A stretch of 64,000 nt of DNA. Source: a virus. Taxonomy: Duplodnaviria; Heunggongvirae; Uroviricota; Caudoviricetes. The stretch covers positions 159,745-223,744 of IMG/VR virus record IMGVR_UViG_3300028591_000080. One strand, 5' to 3'. Position 1 is the stretch's first letter. Each line of letters begins with the position of its first letter. Positions 39,565-48,765 of this stretch are shown piece after piece. The translations under genes and the position numbers were made by a program. Under the pieces are notes generated by a model. That model was given only the letters and a program-made list of their open reading frames with translations. It did no database searches and had not been told where the DNA came from.

Positions 39565-40080
39565 TTAAATCTTAATTAATTCTTGAACATTGCCTTTTAA
39601 ATTAAATATTATATAATTCTCATTGTCCCAGCAATTAGTAATATGGACAATCGAATCCCAGTCTGCTTCGCTTGGATTAGGAAATTCCATTCTATGCCAA
39701 TCTTTAATTAATTTATCTTCAGGCATTGTTCTATATCTATTTTTATTACCTTCTAAACATTTTTCGAGTGGAGCTGTGACCCAAAGTAAATGATGCTTGA
39801 AAGTTGGAAACCATTCAATTAATTGCCTACGTTGAGCAACAGTTAATGCATTAGTAGTTAATAATACATCATGGTCTTCCAATTCTACTTCATGTAGAAC
39901 TTTAAATAATAAATGCCAAACCTCAAAACTATTTTTATGGATTCGCTCATCACCATTTATTAATTTATAAAAATCATCAACGTCATAAAAAACTATATTA
40001 GGATTTTTACCGATTATTCTTTTACTTAATACAGTTTTTCCACCACCTGATATTCCACATACTAAATAGAAATTAGCCAT
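39565..40080 (-). CDS. P-loop nucleotide/nucleoside kinase-like protein
   Basis: Walker A GISGGGKT at the N-terminus; 171 aa; substrate unknown (nicotinamide-riboside or polynucleotide kinase are options). Confidence 0.45.
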   Translation of the reverse strand: MANFYLVCGISGGGKTVLSKRIIGKNPNIVFYDVDDFYKLINGDERIHKNSFEVWHLLFKVLHEVELEDHDVLLTTNALTVAQRRQLIEWFPTFKHHLLWVTAPLEKCLEGNKNRYRTMPEDKLIKDWHRMEFPNPSEADWDSIVHITNCWDNENYIIFNLKGNVQELIKI

Positions 40081-40505
40081 TATAACACCTCAAAATAGTT
40101 TAAAAACTTAGTTATATCTAAATAATATTCATGACCTTCTTTTATATCCTCATCAGAATATTTTAAAACTTTAATTGCATTATCAGAAAGTCTTGCATCA
40201 AAATTTTTATGAATCCAATCATATACATAGGTATTTGCATTATTCCAAATATAAACTAATTGCTTTGGAAGGCCATACTTTTTAAATAGTTCAGTCACTA
40301 AATATTTCATAGTCAATCTTCCATAACCTTGATGCTGATAATTCTTATTAGCATACCATTGAGAGATTGTCCACTTATTATTTGTGTCAACGCTTATTGT
40401 GCACTTACAAATATATTCATTTAAAAATTCTTCTGTAAGTAAACTTTCATAAACAAAAGTTAACTTAGAATTATTTATTAATTTGTAAGTTAACACAATA
40501 ACCAC
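40080..40505 (-). CDS. GNAT-family N-acetyltransferase
   Basis: QHQGYGRL acetyl-CoA-binding motif. Confidence 0.5.
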   Translation of the reverse strand: MVIVLTYKLINNSKLTFVYESLLTEEFLNEYICKCTISVDTNNKWTISQWYANKNYQHQGYGRLTMKYLVTELFKKYGLPKQLVYIWNNANTYVYDWIHKNFDARLSDNAIKVLKYSDEDIKEGHEYYLDITKFLNYFEVL

Positions 40506-41225
40506 CTACTTTAATCTATACACTTTACTAGGTCTCTTAGAAAATTCTGTACTTTCTAATCCATCAATAACTTCTAATCGATCACCATATCTTTTCAAGA
40601 TGTCTCTTCTAAAATTAGCTAAGCCGATTTTCTTATTTAAAATAGCTTCATATACTAATTTTAATTCATATAATGTAAATGATTTTTTTGATTTTAAAAA
40701 TTCAAAAGCAATATCTGTATAATCTAATTTTCCTTGTAATCTTTTTACTGTATCTTCAATGATTTGTTTATGATCAAAAGCCATAGAACAATTAAATGTA
40801 AATGGACATACCCATCCACTATTAGTTTCAGCTTTAGATTCTTCTGGTAAATAACACATAGCATTTACTGGTAGGATAGAATAATAAACTACTGATATAA
40901 CTCTTGTTCTTGGATCTCTATCTACTGCACCATAAGTATATAATTGTTCAATATGAATTTTATCTGGATCTAAATTTGGATAAGTTATTTTATCTTTTAA
41001 TTTAAATCTAACATTATCCTCTAAAGAAAGATTAGGCTGAACAAATCCTCCAGGAATTTGTAGCATGTCTTTAAATGGATAATCTTTTCTTTTAGTTACT
41101 AAAACTTCTAATTTATAAGAATTACCTAATTGATGCATACTTAAGATTACAACGTCTGTTGCAATAGATGGTCTATCCTTAAATTCATTAACATTATAAT
41201 CTTTTAAAAAGTCTTGTTCAGTCAT
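40506..41225 (-). CDS. Nudix-fold protein with C-terminal winged helix, NrtR-like (ADP-ribose-responsive regulator family)
   Basis: Nudix-like N-domain (GGFV), C-terminal blocks MAFDHKQII, FTLYELKLVYEAIL, NFRRDI that I recall as NrtR signatures. Confidence 0.45.
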   Translation of the reverse strand: MTEQDFLKDYNVNEFKDRPSIATDVVILSMHQLGNSYKLEVLVTKRKDYPFKDMLQIPGGFVQPNLSLEDNVRFKLKDKITYPNLDPDKIHIEQLYTYGAVDRDPRTRVISVVYYSILPVNAMCYLPEESKAETNSGWVCPFTFNCSMAFDHKQIIEDTVKRLQGKLDYTDIAFEFLKSKKSFTLYELKLVYEAILNKKIGLANFRRDILKRYGDRLEVIDGLESTEFSKRPSKVYRLK

Positions 41226-41235
41226 AACCTAACTC

Positions 41236-42375
41236 CTAACCTACTATACTTAAAATACTTAAATAACCTAACAATCCTGAAGCTGTTAAATAGATTTGAT
41301 TATTTTTAATTAAAGAATTTAGTTCGTCTAAAGAATAAACTTTAATCTTAATATCTTCTGTTGCTTCTAAATGTTGTTTACCGATTGAAGATAGTTTTAC
41401 AACAGCCATATAGTTTGCTTCATCACACATACCAGCACACATTGATAAAGGATAGTTTTGAAGTAATGTAATCTTTTCAACCTTACCACCAACTTCTTCA
41501 TAAACTTCTCTTTCAATAGCTTTATTAACATCTTCATTATTTTCAATTAATCCAGCAACGAATGAATTTACATATCTTCCTAAAGCACTACGGAATTCTT
41601 CAATCATAACAACTTTAATTTCCATAGTCTCTGGATCTACATAATAAGTAAATGCTTCAATAGCTGTTGGCTTAACCATATCATGATTGATTGCTAAATC
41701 CTTCATATTATTTCTTGATACAAAGAAATAATCTCTAGGCTGATTATTAGTCATATAGTGAGCCGTATAGAACTTTAAAAATTTCTTATCTAAATTTAAA
41801 TCTACAGATAATAATGTTTGATTTTCTGATTTAACAATAGGTTTAATTTTTAAAGTTTTTATCCAATTAAATGCTCTAATAATTGTATCAGCATGCTTTT
41901 CTGGATTTGAATTAGTTTCAACAAAGTCTTGACCTTTCATAGCTAACTTAGATTGAATAACTACATCTTGTTCTCTACTATAACCTTGTTCTACACTAAC
42001 AGTAATTCTATTCATATAATCATTTGGAAATCTTACTTCCATCTTTGCTAAATTTCTTCCTAATTCATACATACAGATAGGTTGAACGGATTTAGGACTA
42101 TTTGCAAAATACATTGAGAAAATATCCATTTGTTCTAACATATTAAATTCCCAAGTTATTTGTTCATTAGAAGCATTAGGATCATGAATAGGGAAGTTTT
42201 TACGTCTTGGATTGAATAATACTAATCCAGTTAAATCAACGTCAACGTTCTCTAAATAATTAATTACTTCATCTTGCCATTCACCACAATCTGTGATACC
42301 TCCAGCTAAGAAACAAGTAATTTCTCCTGGCTTCTTTTCATATTTTTCTACAGCTGTAATTACTTTTATATTCAT
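41236..42375 (-). CDS. Nudix hydrolase (ADP-ribose pyrophosphatase-like) fused to an N-terminal Rossmann-like (nucleoside deoxyribosyltransferase/LOG-like) domain
   Basis: Complete Nudix box AGLIENNEDVNKAIEREVYEEVGG; N-terminal FLAGGITDCGEW resembles YLAGP-type Rossmann folds. Confidence 0.55.
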   Translation of the reverse strand: MNIKVITAVEKYEKKPGEITCFLAGGITDCGEWQDEVINYLENVDVDLTGLVLFNPRRKNFPIHDPNASNEQITWEFNMLEQMDIFSMYFANSPKSVQPICMYELGRNLAKMEVRFPNDYMNRITVSVEQGYSREQDVVIQSKLAMKGQDFVETNSNPEKHADTIIRAFNWIKTLKIKPIVKSENQTLLSVDLNLDKKFLKFYTAHYMTNNQPRDYFFVSRNNMKDLAINHDMVKPTAIEAFTYYVDPETMEIKVVMIEEFRSALGRYVNSFVAGLIENNEDVNKAIEREVYEEVGGKVEKITLLQNYPLSMCAGMCDEANYMAVVKLSSIGKQHLEATEDIKIKVYSLDELNSLIKNNQIYLTASGLLGYLSILSIVG

Positions 42376-42376
42376 A

Positions 42377-43360
42377 TTAATTTTTACTCCTCTTTAATTC
42401 TGATATTTCTAAAGCTTGTTCAACAACTAAAGCTTTAAGTCTTTCAACTTCATGTTCTAATGCATGGTACTTTTCTGCTGGAACGTCTGCCTCTTTTACT
42501 GCACTTATCTTCATACAAAGACTACTATCATCAACTTTATCTGCAATGCGCTTAGAATCTCCAATTGATGTTAATGAATCACTACCAGCAATTTGAACAA
42601 GACTGCCATAAGGAAGACCTTCATCTAAAAGATAATTTAAACCTTTTTTAATTTCACAATCTGATTTATTAAATAGTTCTGGAACTATTCCATGCTTACT
42701 CATCCACTCTCTAGCAGCTTTAGGACCAGCTAAAATCTTTCGATCTAATTTAAATCTAGGTTCATAATCTGATGGTGGTAATGCTTCTCTCCAGCAAGTA
42801 TTTAAAATTCTAGCTATCTCAACACCACTTGAATTTGATTTAGATTCTACTAAAATAAAATCACGTTTATTTTTAAGTCTATCTTCTTCAAGATTTAATA
42901 ATTCAGCTTCTCTAGCTGGAACCATAATAAATCTCTTAGACCAATCATCATATTTCTTTTTATTTAAATATTCAAAGTATACACATAAATAATTCTTTTC
43001 AATAGGATCAATTACCTCAATACCAGTACGAGCTATATACTGATAGTTTTGTTTTTCAATATACCATAAACCACCTTGAGCTCTTGGATTTAACCACTTA
43101 CTTCCATCATCATTATAACAACAGAACTTACGAGTAATGTGGATTCTAATACTATTTGATACTTTATCATTAAATGTATATTTATAGCTTCCATTTAGTT
43201 CAGAAATACCATAAGTATCATCTTCGAATATCTCAGCTTCAAAAATAGTTGATGGATCTAAATTAGGAAAGTATGTTAAAAAACCTCTAATTCTTTTTGC
43301 TTTAATTAAAATTGGAAATCTAAATTTCATATTGTTCACCTCATATATAATAATATACAA
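42377..43360 (-). CDS. hypothetical protein (327 aa)
   Basis: ORF inside the NAD island; no motif recognised. Confidence 0.5.
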   Translation of the reverse strand: MYIIIYEVNNMKFRFPILIKAKRIRGFLTYFPNLDPSTIFEAEIFEDDTYGISELNGSYKYTFNDKVSNSIRIHITRKFCCYNDDGSKWLNPRAQGGLWYIEKQNYQYIARTGIEVIDPIEKNYLCVYFEYLNKKKYDDWSKRFIMVPAREAELLNLEEDRLKNKRDFILVESKSNSSGVEIARILNTCWREALPPSDYEPRFKLDRKILAGPKAAREWMSKHGIVPELFNKSDCEIKKGLNYLLDEGLPYGSLVQIAGSDSLTSIGDSKRIADKVDDSSLCMKISAVKEADVPAEKYHALEHEVERLKALVVEQALEISELKRSKN

Positions 43361-43368
43361 TATGACTA

Positions 43369-43851
43369 TTAATAAATCTCATTTGTTAATAAATAACTTA
43401 TTAAATAATCATAAGCCATTTGTGCTGCATACTCTCTAACTTTTTCTCTATCATCATTAAATATTTGATATTCAAATCCACCAGCTTGAGTCATATTATT
43501 ATATTTTTTAATTAATAAACTAACATAGAATTTTCCAGCTGGAGTTCCACGATTAGAACCAGGTCCAGCTACACCAGAAATTGCCACTGCGATATTAGCA
43601 CCAGTTAATTCTAAAAGACCATCACACATTTGACGTGTTGTTTGACTATTATAAGGTCCATATCTAACTAAGAAATCTGAATCAACATTTAATACTTTAG
43701 ATTTAATTTCATCTGTATAAGATGTGACAGAACCTAGATAAACAGAACTTATTCCAGGTTCTTCACAAATCTTTGCAGATAACTTTCCACCAGTTAAAGA
43801 TTCAGCTACAGCTAACTTAAGGTTATATTTTTCCAACAATTCTTTTAGCAT
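43369..43851 (-). CDS. CinA C-terminal domain protein (PncC-type NMN deamidase family)
   Basis: LAVAESLTGGKLSAKI matches the CinA_C signature. Confidence 0.6.
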   Translation of the reverse strand: MLKELLEKYNLKLAVAESLTGGKLSAKICEEPGISSVYLGSVTSYTDEIKSKVLNVDSDFLVRYGPYNSQTTRQMCDGLLELTGANIAVAISGVAGPGSNRGTPAGKFYVSLLIKKYNNMTQAGGFEYQIFNDDREKVREYAAQMAYDYLISYLLTNEIY

Positions 43852-44648
43852 TAAATCTTCACCTCTAAATCATCAGGTTCATACTTAGGCATTAGTACTA
43901 ACTTATGTAAATTAGCTCTGTGCATTCTATCAATCTTTTCTTTATGTTCTAGATTTTCAATAACACCAGTTCGAATATAAGTATCTAATTCATCATAAGT
44001 AAATCCTAACTTCTCTTCATCAGACTTACCACTCATTCCATCGCTAGGAACTTTTTCAATTAAATCCTTTGGTAAACCTAATTCATAACCTAATTCTTTA
44101 ACTTCATGAACAGTTAAATTTGCAAGTGGTGAAAAGTCTCCTGCACTATCTCCATACTTAGTTGAATAACCAACCCAGTCCTCAGATAAATTACAAGTAT
44201 TGGCTACTCTTGCATTACCAAGAATTGCTGCAACTCCGTATAAAGTTGTCATACGAATTCTTGCTGGAGTATTAGTTTCATATACATCATTAAACTTTGT
44301 TGCATAATTAGTTATATAACTTGAGCAAGTTCTATTTATTCTATGTCTAGACTTAAATCCTTCAAATATTGATTGTCTTAACATTAAAGTAGCATAACCA
44401 ATATTTATACAAGTATAATCAATACCTAAATGCTTAACTAATTCTAATGATTTATCAATATCCTTTTGTTCACCATCTGGCATTAATACGCCAAATACTT
44501 TATCCTTACCAAGTGCTTCCACACATAAAGCAGCACAAACTGAACTATCTTTGCCACCACTAATTCCAATAACAACTGTACAATCACCTACAGTCTTTCT
44601 AACCCATTCAACTAAATCTTCTTTACATTTCTTTGCATTAAATTCCAT
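43851..44648 (-). CDS. nadE: NH3-dependent NAD+ synthetase
   Basis: PP-loop GISGGKDSSV; 265 aa, NadE-sized. Confidence 0.8.
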   Translation of the reverse strand: MEFNAKKCKEDLVEWVRKTVGDCTVVIGISGGKDSSVCAALCVEALGKDKVFGVLMPDGEQKDIDKSLELVKHLGIDYTCINIGYATLMLRQSIFEGFKSRHRINRTCSSYITNYATKFNDVYETNTPARIRMTTLYGVAAILGNARVANTCNLSEDWVGYSTKYGDSAGDFSPLANLTVHEVKELGYELGLPKDLIEKVPSDGMSGKSDEEKLGFTYDELDTYIRTGVIENLEHKEKIDRMHRANLHKLVLMPKYEPDDLEVKI

Positions 44649-44678
44649 ATTGTTCTCCTTTAAACTCTTTTAATTTAT

Positions 44679-45227
44679 TTATACCTTTCTAAATATACTA
44701 TCGTCTGCTGGTTCAAAATCTGGTTGCCAACTTCTTTTAGTAACTGTCCATGAATAATTAGTTATAGTTGGAATAGTTTTTTCTTCAATTAAATTATCAA
44801 AAACATATAACCTATTATCTCTAGAACTAAATCTTGAGTAATCTTTCATTTTATAAAAAGCTTCTACATCTGCTTTAGTTTTAATCGATATATTATAACC
44901 ATCAATATCATTACTATAAGTTATATAATTTCTACGGCAAAAATCATATAATTCTAAAGCATTTGTATATACATAAACCTTTTTAATGTTAGGATATCTC
45001 TTTTTATAATAAGATGTAATTTTTTCAGGATTAGTAAACTCAAAAGGTTCACCACCAGTTAGGCAAAGCACTTCGCATTGTTTTAACTCTTCATCTGTAA
45101 CATAAGGAATATCATCTAAACTATATTGCTTATTACAACAATGAGGACAATTTCTTAAACACAAACTTGTTACCATTAAGTGGATAACTCTTTTAGTTTT
45201 ATTAGTATATTCATTTAACTTACTCAT
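44679..45227 (-). CDS. small radical SAM protein (QueE/NrdG-like activase)
   Basis: CLRNCPHC (C-x3-C-x2-C) near the N-terminus and GGEP motif. Confidence 0.5.
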   Translation of the reverse strand: MSKLNEYTNKTKRVIHLMVTSLCLRNCPHCCNKQYSLDDIPYVTDEELKQCEVLCLTGGEPFEFTNPEKITSYYKKRYPNIKKVYVYTNALELYDFCRRNYITYSNDIDGYNISIKTKADVEAFYKMKDYSRFSSRDNRLYVFDNLIEEKTIPTITNYSWTVTKRSWQPDFEPADDSIFRKV

Positions 45228-45318
45228 GATTTATTCTCCTTAGTCATTTATTTTAGCAAATTATAAATAGTCATTTTGACTATTATATTATACAATAAAA
45301 AATAGAATTTTTCGAATT

Positions 45319-45714
45319 CTATTTTTCTCCATATAATAATCGATGTTTTGCATCAGATAATATAATTTCTTTCTGAGGTCCAACAAACTTATCTCTACCA
45401 TCCAATAAGTATATCTTAATAACTCTTGAACGATGAGTTAATTGTAAGTCATCATAACCATTATTATCAAACCATCTAAGTTCTGCTCCATAAACACCTT
45501 GATCTTTTAATTCTGGAAATCTTGTTACAACATCTAATTTATTATCTATAATATGTTTCATATCATCAATATAATTAGAATTATAAGCTCCAAAACCAAT
45601 CTCTTCACCATCAAAGACTGTATAGATTTGCTGACCTGGATCATCAAAATAAAAGTCTACGTGATATCCTCTGTAATCTAATTCTTCATCTATTTTATCT
45701 TTCTTATTCATCAT
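45319..45714 (-). CDS. hypothetical protein (131 aa)
   Basis: ORF. Confidence 0.45.
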   Translation of the reverse strand: MMNKKDKIDEELDYRGYHVDFYFDDPGQQIYTVFDGEEIGFGAYNSNYIDDMKHIIDNKLDVVTRFPELKDQGVYGAELRWFDNNGYDDLQLTHRSRVIKIYLLDGRDKFVGPQKEIILSDAKHRLLYGEK

Positions 45715-45940
45715 CTTTACCTCCTAAAACTCGATGAGTACCTTGTAAGGCAGAACCAATCTTTTCACATCTAATAGAAACTACATCTTTATCATGACCT
45801 TCAATACCATCATCTAAAGAATATTCATTAAAGCGATCTGTAAAACAAATTTTGGTTTGATATCCAAAAGCTTTTCCTAACTTTAATGTTAAATTAAGTA
45901 AATCTTGTACTGTCACTATTTTCATATAAAATACCTCCAT
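45704..45940 (-). CDS. hypothetical protein (78 aa)
   Basis: ORF. Confidence 0.4.
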   Translation of the reverse strand: MEVFYMKIVTVQDLLNLTLKLGKAFGYQTKICFTDRFNEYSLDDGIEGHDKDVVSIRCEKIGSALQGTHRVLGGKDDE

Positions 45941-46065
45941 ATTTTGAGTTTTATTATTAAAATAATAAAATATCCATTGAATGATTAAAAACGTTCCTAA
46001 ACGTTAATTTCTAGTTAATTTCTAGTATATAATACAATAAAAAAGAACTATATTTCTATAGTTCC

Positions 46066-46614
46066 TTAAATTTTTTCAAATACATCCAATACATCATCGG
46101 TGCTAATAGCAATTAAAGCATATGGATTACCTTTAATATAATATAAGTCATAAACTTTACCGTCATAATCTTTAGTAGCTTTCCAAGTAAATTGAGTTCC
46201 TTTTGGGATTGTAATTACATCTGCATTATCAATTAAACCTAATTTGCTATAAGCACTTAAAATCTTTTCATCACTAATTCTAGTAATTTTATTTACAATT
46301 TCTTGTTTTGCTAAGAATTCATCTATTGAAGAATAAATTAAATCTTTCTTTAAAGTTTGTCTTTGGATTTCCTCGTTAATTACATTTAATGCTTCGAAAG
46401 TACTTGCAAAACTACCATTAGTAATATGATCTTTGGTTGGAATATCCACACCAAAATATTCAGCATATCTCTCTAAAACCTTTGGATCATTAAAATCTGG
46501 TAGTTTTATTTGAGCGGCTAACTCATGTAATTTTTCTGCATCTGATTTAGGTTTTAAATCATCGAAAGTCATTCCATCTGGTAATCTATCGATATCACGT
46601 ATAAATTCTTTCAT
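46066..46614 (-). CDS. hypothetical protein (182 aa)
   Basis: ORF with AAGAGG RBS. Confidence 0.5.
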   Translation of the reverse strand: MKEFIRDIDRLPDGMTFDDLKPKSDAEKLHELAAQIKLPDFNDPKVLERYAEYFGVDIPTKDHITNGSFASTFEALNVINEEIQRQTLKKDLIYSSIDEFLAKQEIVNKITRISDEKILSAYSKLGLIDNADVITIPKGTQFTWKATKDYDGKVYDLYYIKGNPYALIAISTDDVLDVFEKI

Positions 46615-46624
46615 AATATATCCT

Positions 46625-47435
46625 CTTAATTTCCAAGTTTACTTAGTAATGAATCTAAAACTATTTCTTTAATTAATGGCATTAGTTCCATCATATAGTC
46701 ATCTTCTATTTTATCATTAGCTCATTTAATTTCTAAGTGTCCACCACATTCTTTTGGACATGGTGCATCATGCATTATAATAGCTACAATTACTTTAACC
46801 ATTGTCATATCTTTAAATTTAAGAAATGAGCGTGGTGTTTTTTCATATAATTCTATTTCATCAATGTCGCCATTTGAACATCCGATAGTAAGAGCTACTT
46901 CATCTTTATTTCTTGCTGCATAGATAGCATTTTCTACAGCACCTGGATGAGCTTGAATTGGATAAGTTAATCCTAAAATTCGAGTAATTTCTGCTGCGTA
47001 TTTTAGTCAACATTCTCCATGACCATCATCAGCTCTATAATAATCTTCTATCTCTTTTGTTGGAAATACTTTTTCACCGTGTTCTTCATCTGCTCAAATG
47101 TTTAGACGTTTATCATTTAACATTTCAACATCTACTAAATAATGACAATATTCATGTGCAAAAGTATTTTCAAATAATTCTTCCAATCCGTTCTTTAATA
47201 CATATTGACTAACTTCTATTTGAATCATAGCCTCATGATGTAATACGTCTCTACCAAATAAAGTACTACCTAAAGTATTGGTTGAATCATATCCTTTAAG
47301 TGATACTCCTAATAAACTAGGATTTGGTTTTCAATCTGGATGAGCTTTAGATATTTTAAATAAAACTTGATTAGCAATAAACATTGCTAAATCTTCTTCC
47401 ATATAATCATTTTTATCTTCAAATAAATTAACCAT
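46625..47435 (-). CDS. HExxH zinc-metallopeptidase-like protein, about 269 aa, with 4 in-frame TGA codons
   Basis: ATG with AAGGAG RBS 9 nt upstream; FAHEYCHYLVD HExxH motif; all four Trp positions (HPDWKPN, LNIWADE, GECWLKY, EIKWAND) are TGA; ends at TAA; invisible to the standard-code ORF track. Confidence 0.55.
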
Positions 47436-47475
47436 AAGTAGAAACTCCTTACAGTATAATTTAGCAATCTAAATA

Positions 47476-48765
47476 TTAACTTGTATGTTCGACATTATAT
47501 CTTGTAGTTTGATCACTTGCAAATTTAATTAAATCTTCCTTATTATTTTTTAAGATTCCACTATAAACTTCAATTAATGTCATCTCTAATGCAGTTCTAA
47601 TTTGTTTTCCTTTATAACCTAAAGCAATCATATCATTACCATCAACTGCTAATTGATTTAAAGAATAACAACCGCTTTCAAATACTAAATTAATAACTTC
47701 TGTTGAATTAAAATAATATCTGTTAATAGCGTCAATAAATACAAAAGCATCTTGAATTTCAAGTAATTTTCTTACTAGCCATTCAGCATCTTTATTAGAA
47801 TAACCATATGTATCAACTAATCTATGACCTAAAGCTCCAACACTGTCTGAGTCATCAAGATTAACCTTTCTAACTTCTCTACTTAATACTTTAATTAATT
47901 TTGTATCTTTTGTTGAAAATTTTAAACGAGTTAAAATAGCTTCAGTTTGTTCAGGAGTTAAGTATGAACAAATTCCAATAAAGTTATCAACATAATGATC
48001 AGTCACAAGCTTAAATAATTGCTTATTTAAGTACTTAAATTCAGGAATAATATGATAAATAATAGCACCAGGCATAAATCCTTGCATTAAATCACCAACA
48101 GTCTCATAATCAAAGATTCTAATAATCTCATCATGGATTCTTTCTGCAGAAATACTATCTAATAAATCTTCTTGGAAAAACATTGCGTACATAGTTCCAT
48201 TCTCAATATGGAAATTATACTTGCATGCAAATCTAAGACCACGCAAGATTCTTAGAGCATCCTCTTTAAATCTTTCTTTAGGGTCTCCAACTGCACGAAC
48301 AATACCTTCTTTTAGGTCCTTTAATCCACCAAATGGGTCAATTACAGTATCACCGCTGTTATATGCCATCGCGTTGATAGTAAAGTCACGTCTAGCTAAA
48401 TCTTTTACAATATCTTTAGTAAATTCAACAGATTCAGGGTGTCTATTATCTTTATATTCGCCATCAATACGATATGTAGTGATTTCAATATTCTCTTCAT
48501 TGTATCTAACTGTTACAGTTCCGTGCTTTTCTCCATTGTTATTAATGATAGGATAATCTTTAAATACTTCTTTAATTTCATCAGGAGTCGCATTAGTAGT
48601 TAAGTCAATATCTTTAATTGAATGACCTAATAAAAGGTCCCTTACCGCTCCGCCGACAATATAAGCTTCATATCCAGCAGTTTCAAGTTTATTAAAAACA
48701 AATTGTACAATATCTTTTTGCTTAGCTGTAAGTAAATCAAATAAATTATTTGACACTTTAATCAC
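47476..48765 (-). CDS. cca: tRNA nucleotidyltransferase (CCA-adding enzyme)
   Basis: Pol-beta-type head YIVGGAVRDLLLG ... DIDL ... RDFTINAMAY; 429 aa. Confidence 0.75.
   Translation of the reverse strand: MIKVSNNLFDLLTAKQKDIVQFVFNKLETAGYEAYIVGGAVRDLLLGHSIKDIDLTTNATPDEIKEVFKDYPIINNNGEKHGTVTVRYNEENIEITTYRIDGEYKDNRHPESVEFTKDIVKDLARRDFTINAMAYNSGDTVIDPFGGLKDLKEGIVRAVGDPKERFKEDALRILRGLRFACKYNFHIENGTMYAMFFQEDLLDSISAERIHDEIIRIFDYETVGDLMQGFMPGAIIYHIIPEFKYLNKQLFKLVTDHYVDNFIGICSYLTPEQTEAILTRLKFSTKDTKLIKVLSREVRKVNLDDSDSVGALGHRLVDTYGYSNKDAEWLVRKLLEIQDAFVFIDAINRYYFNSTEVINLVFESGCYSLNQLAVDGNDMIALGYKGKQIRTALEMTLIEVYSGILKNNKEDLIKFASDQTTRYNVEHTS

Noticed and set aside
41236-42375. Calling the Nudix fusion a bifunctional NMN adenylyltransferase (NadM-Nudix)
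   Set aside because: The N-terminal domain lacks the HxGH nucleotidyltransferase motif. It looks like a deoxyribosyltransferase/LOG-type Rossmann fold instead.
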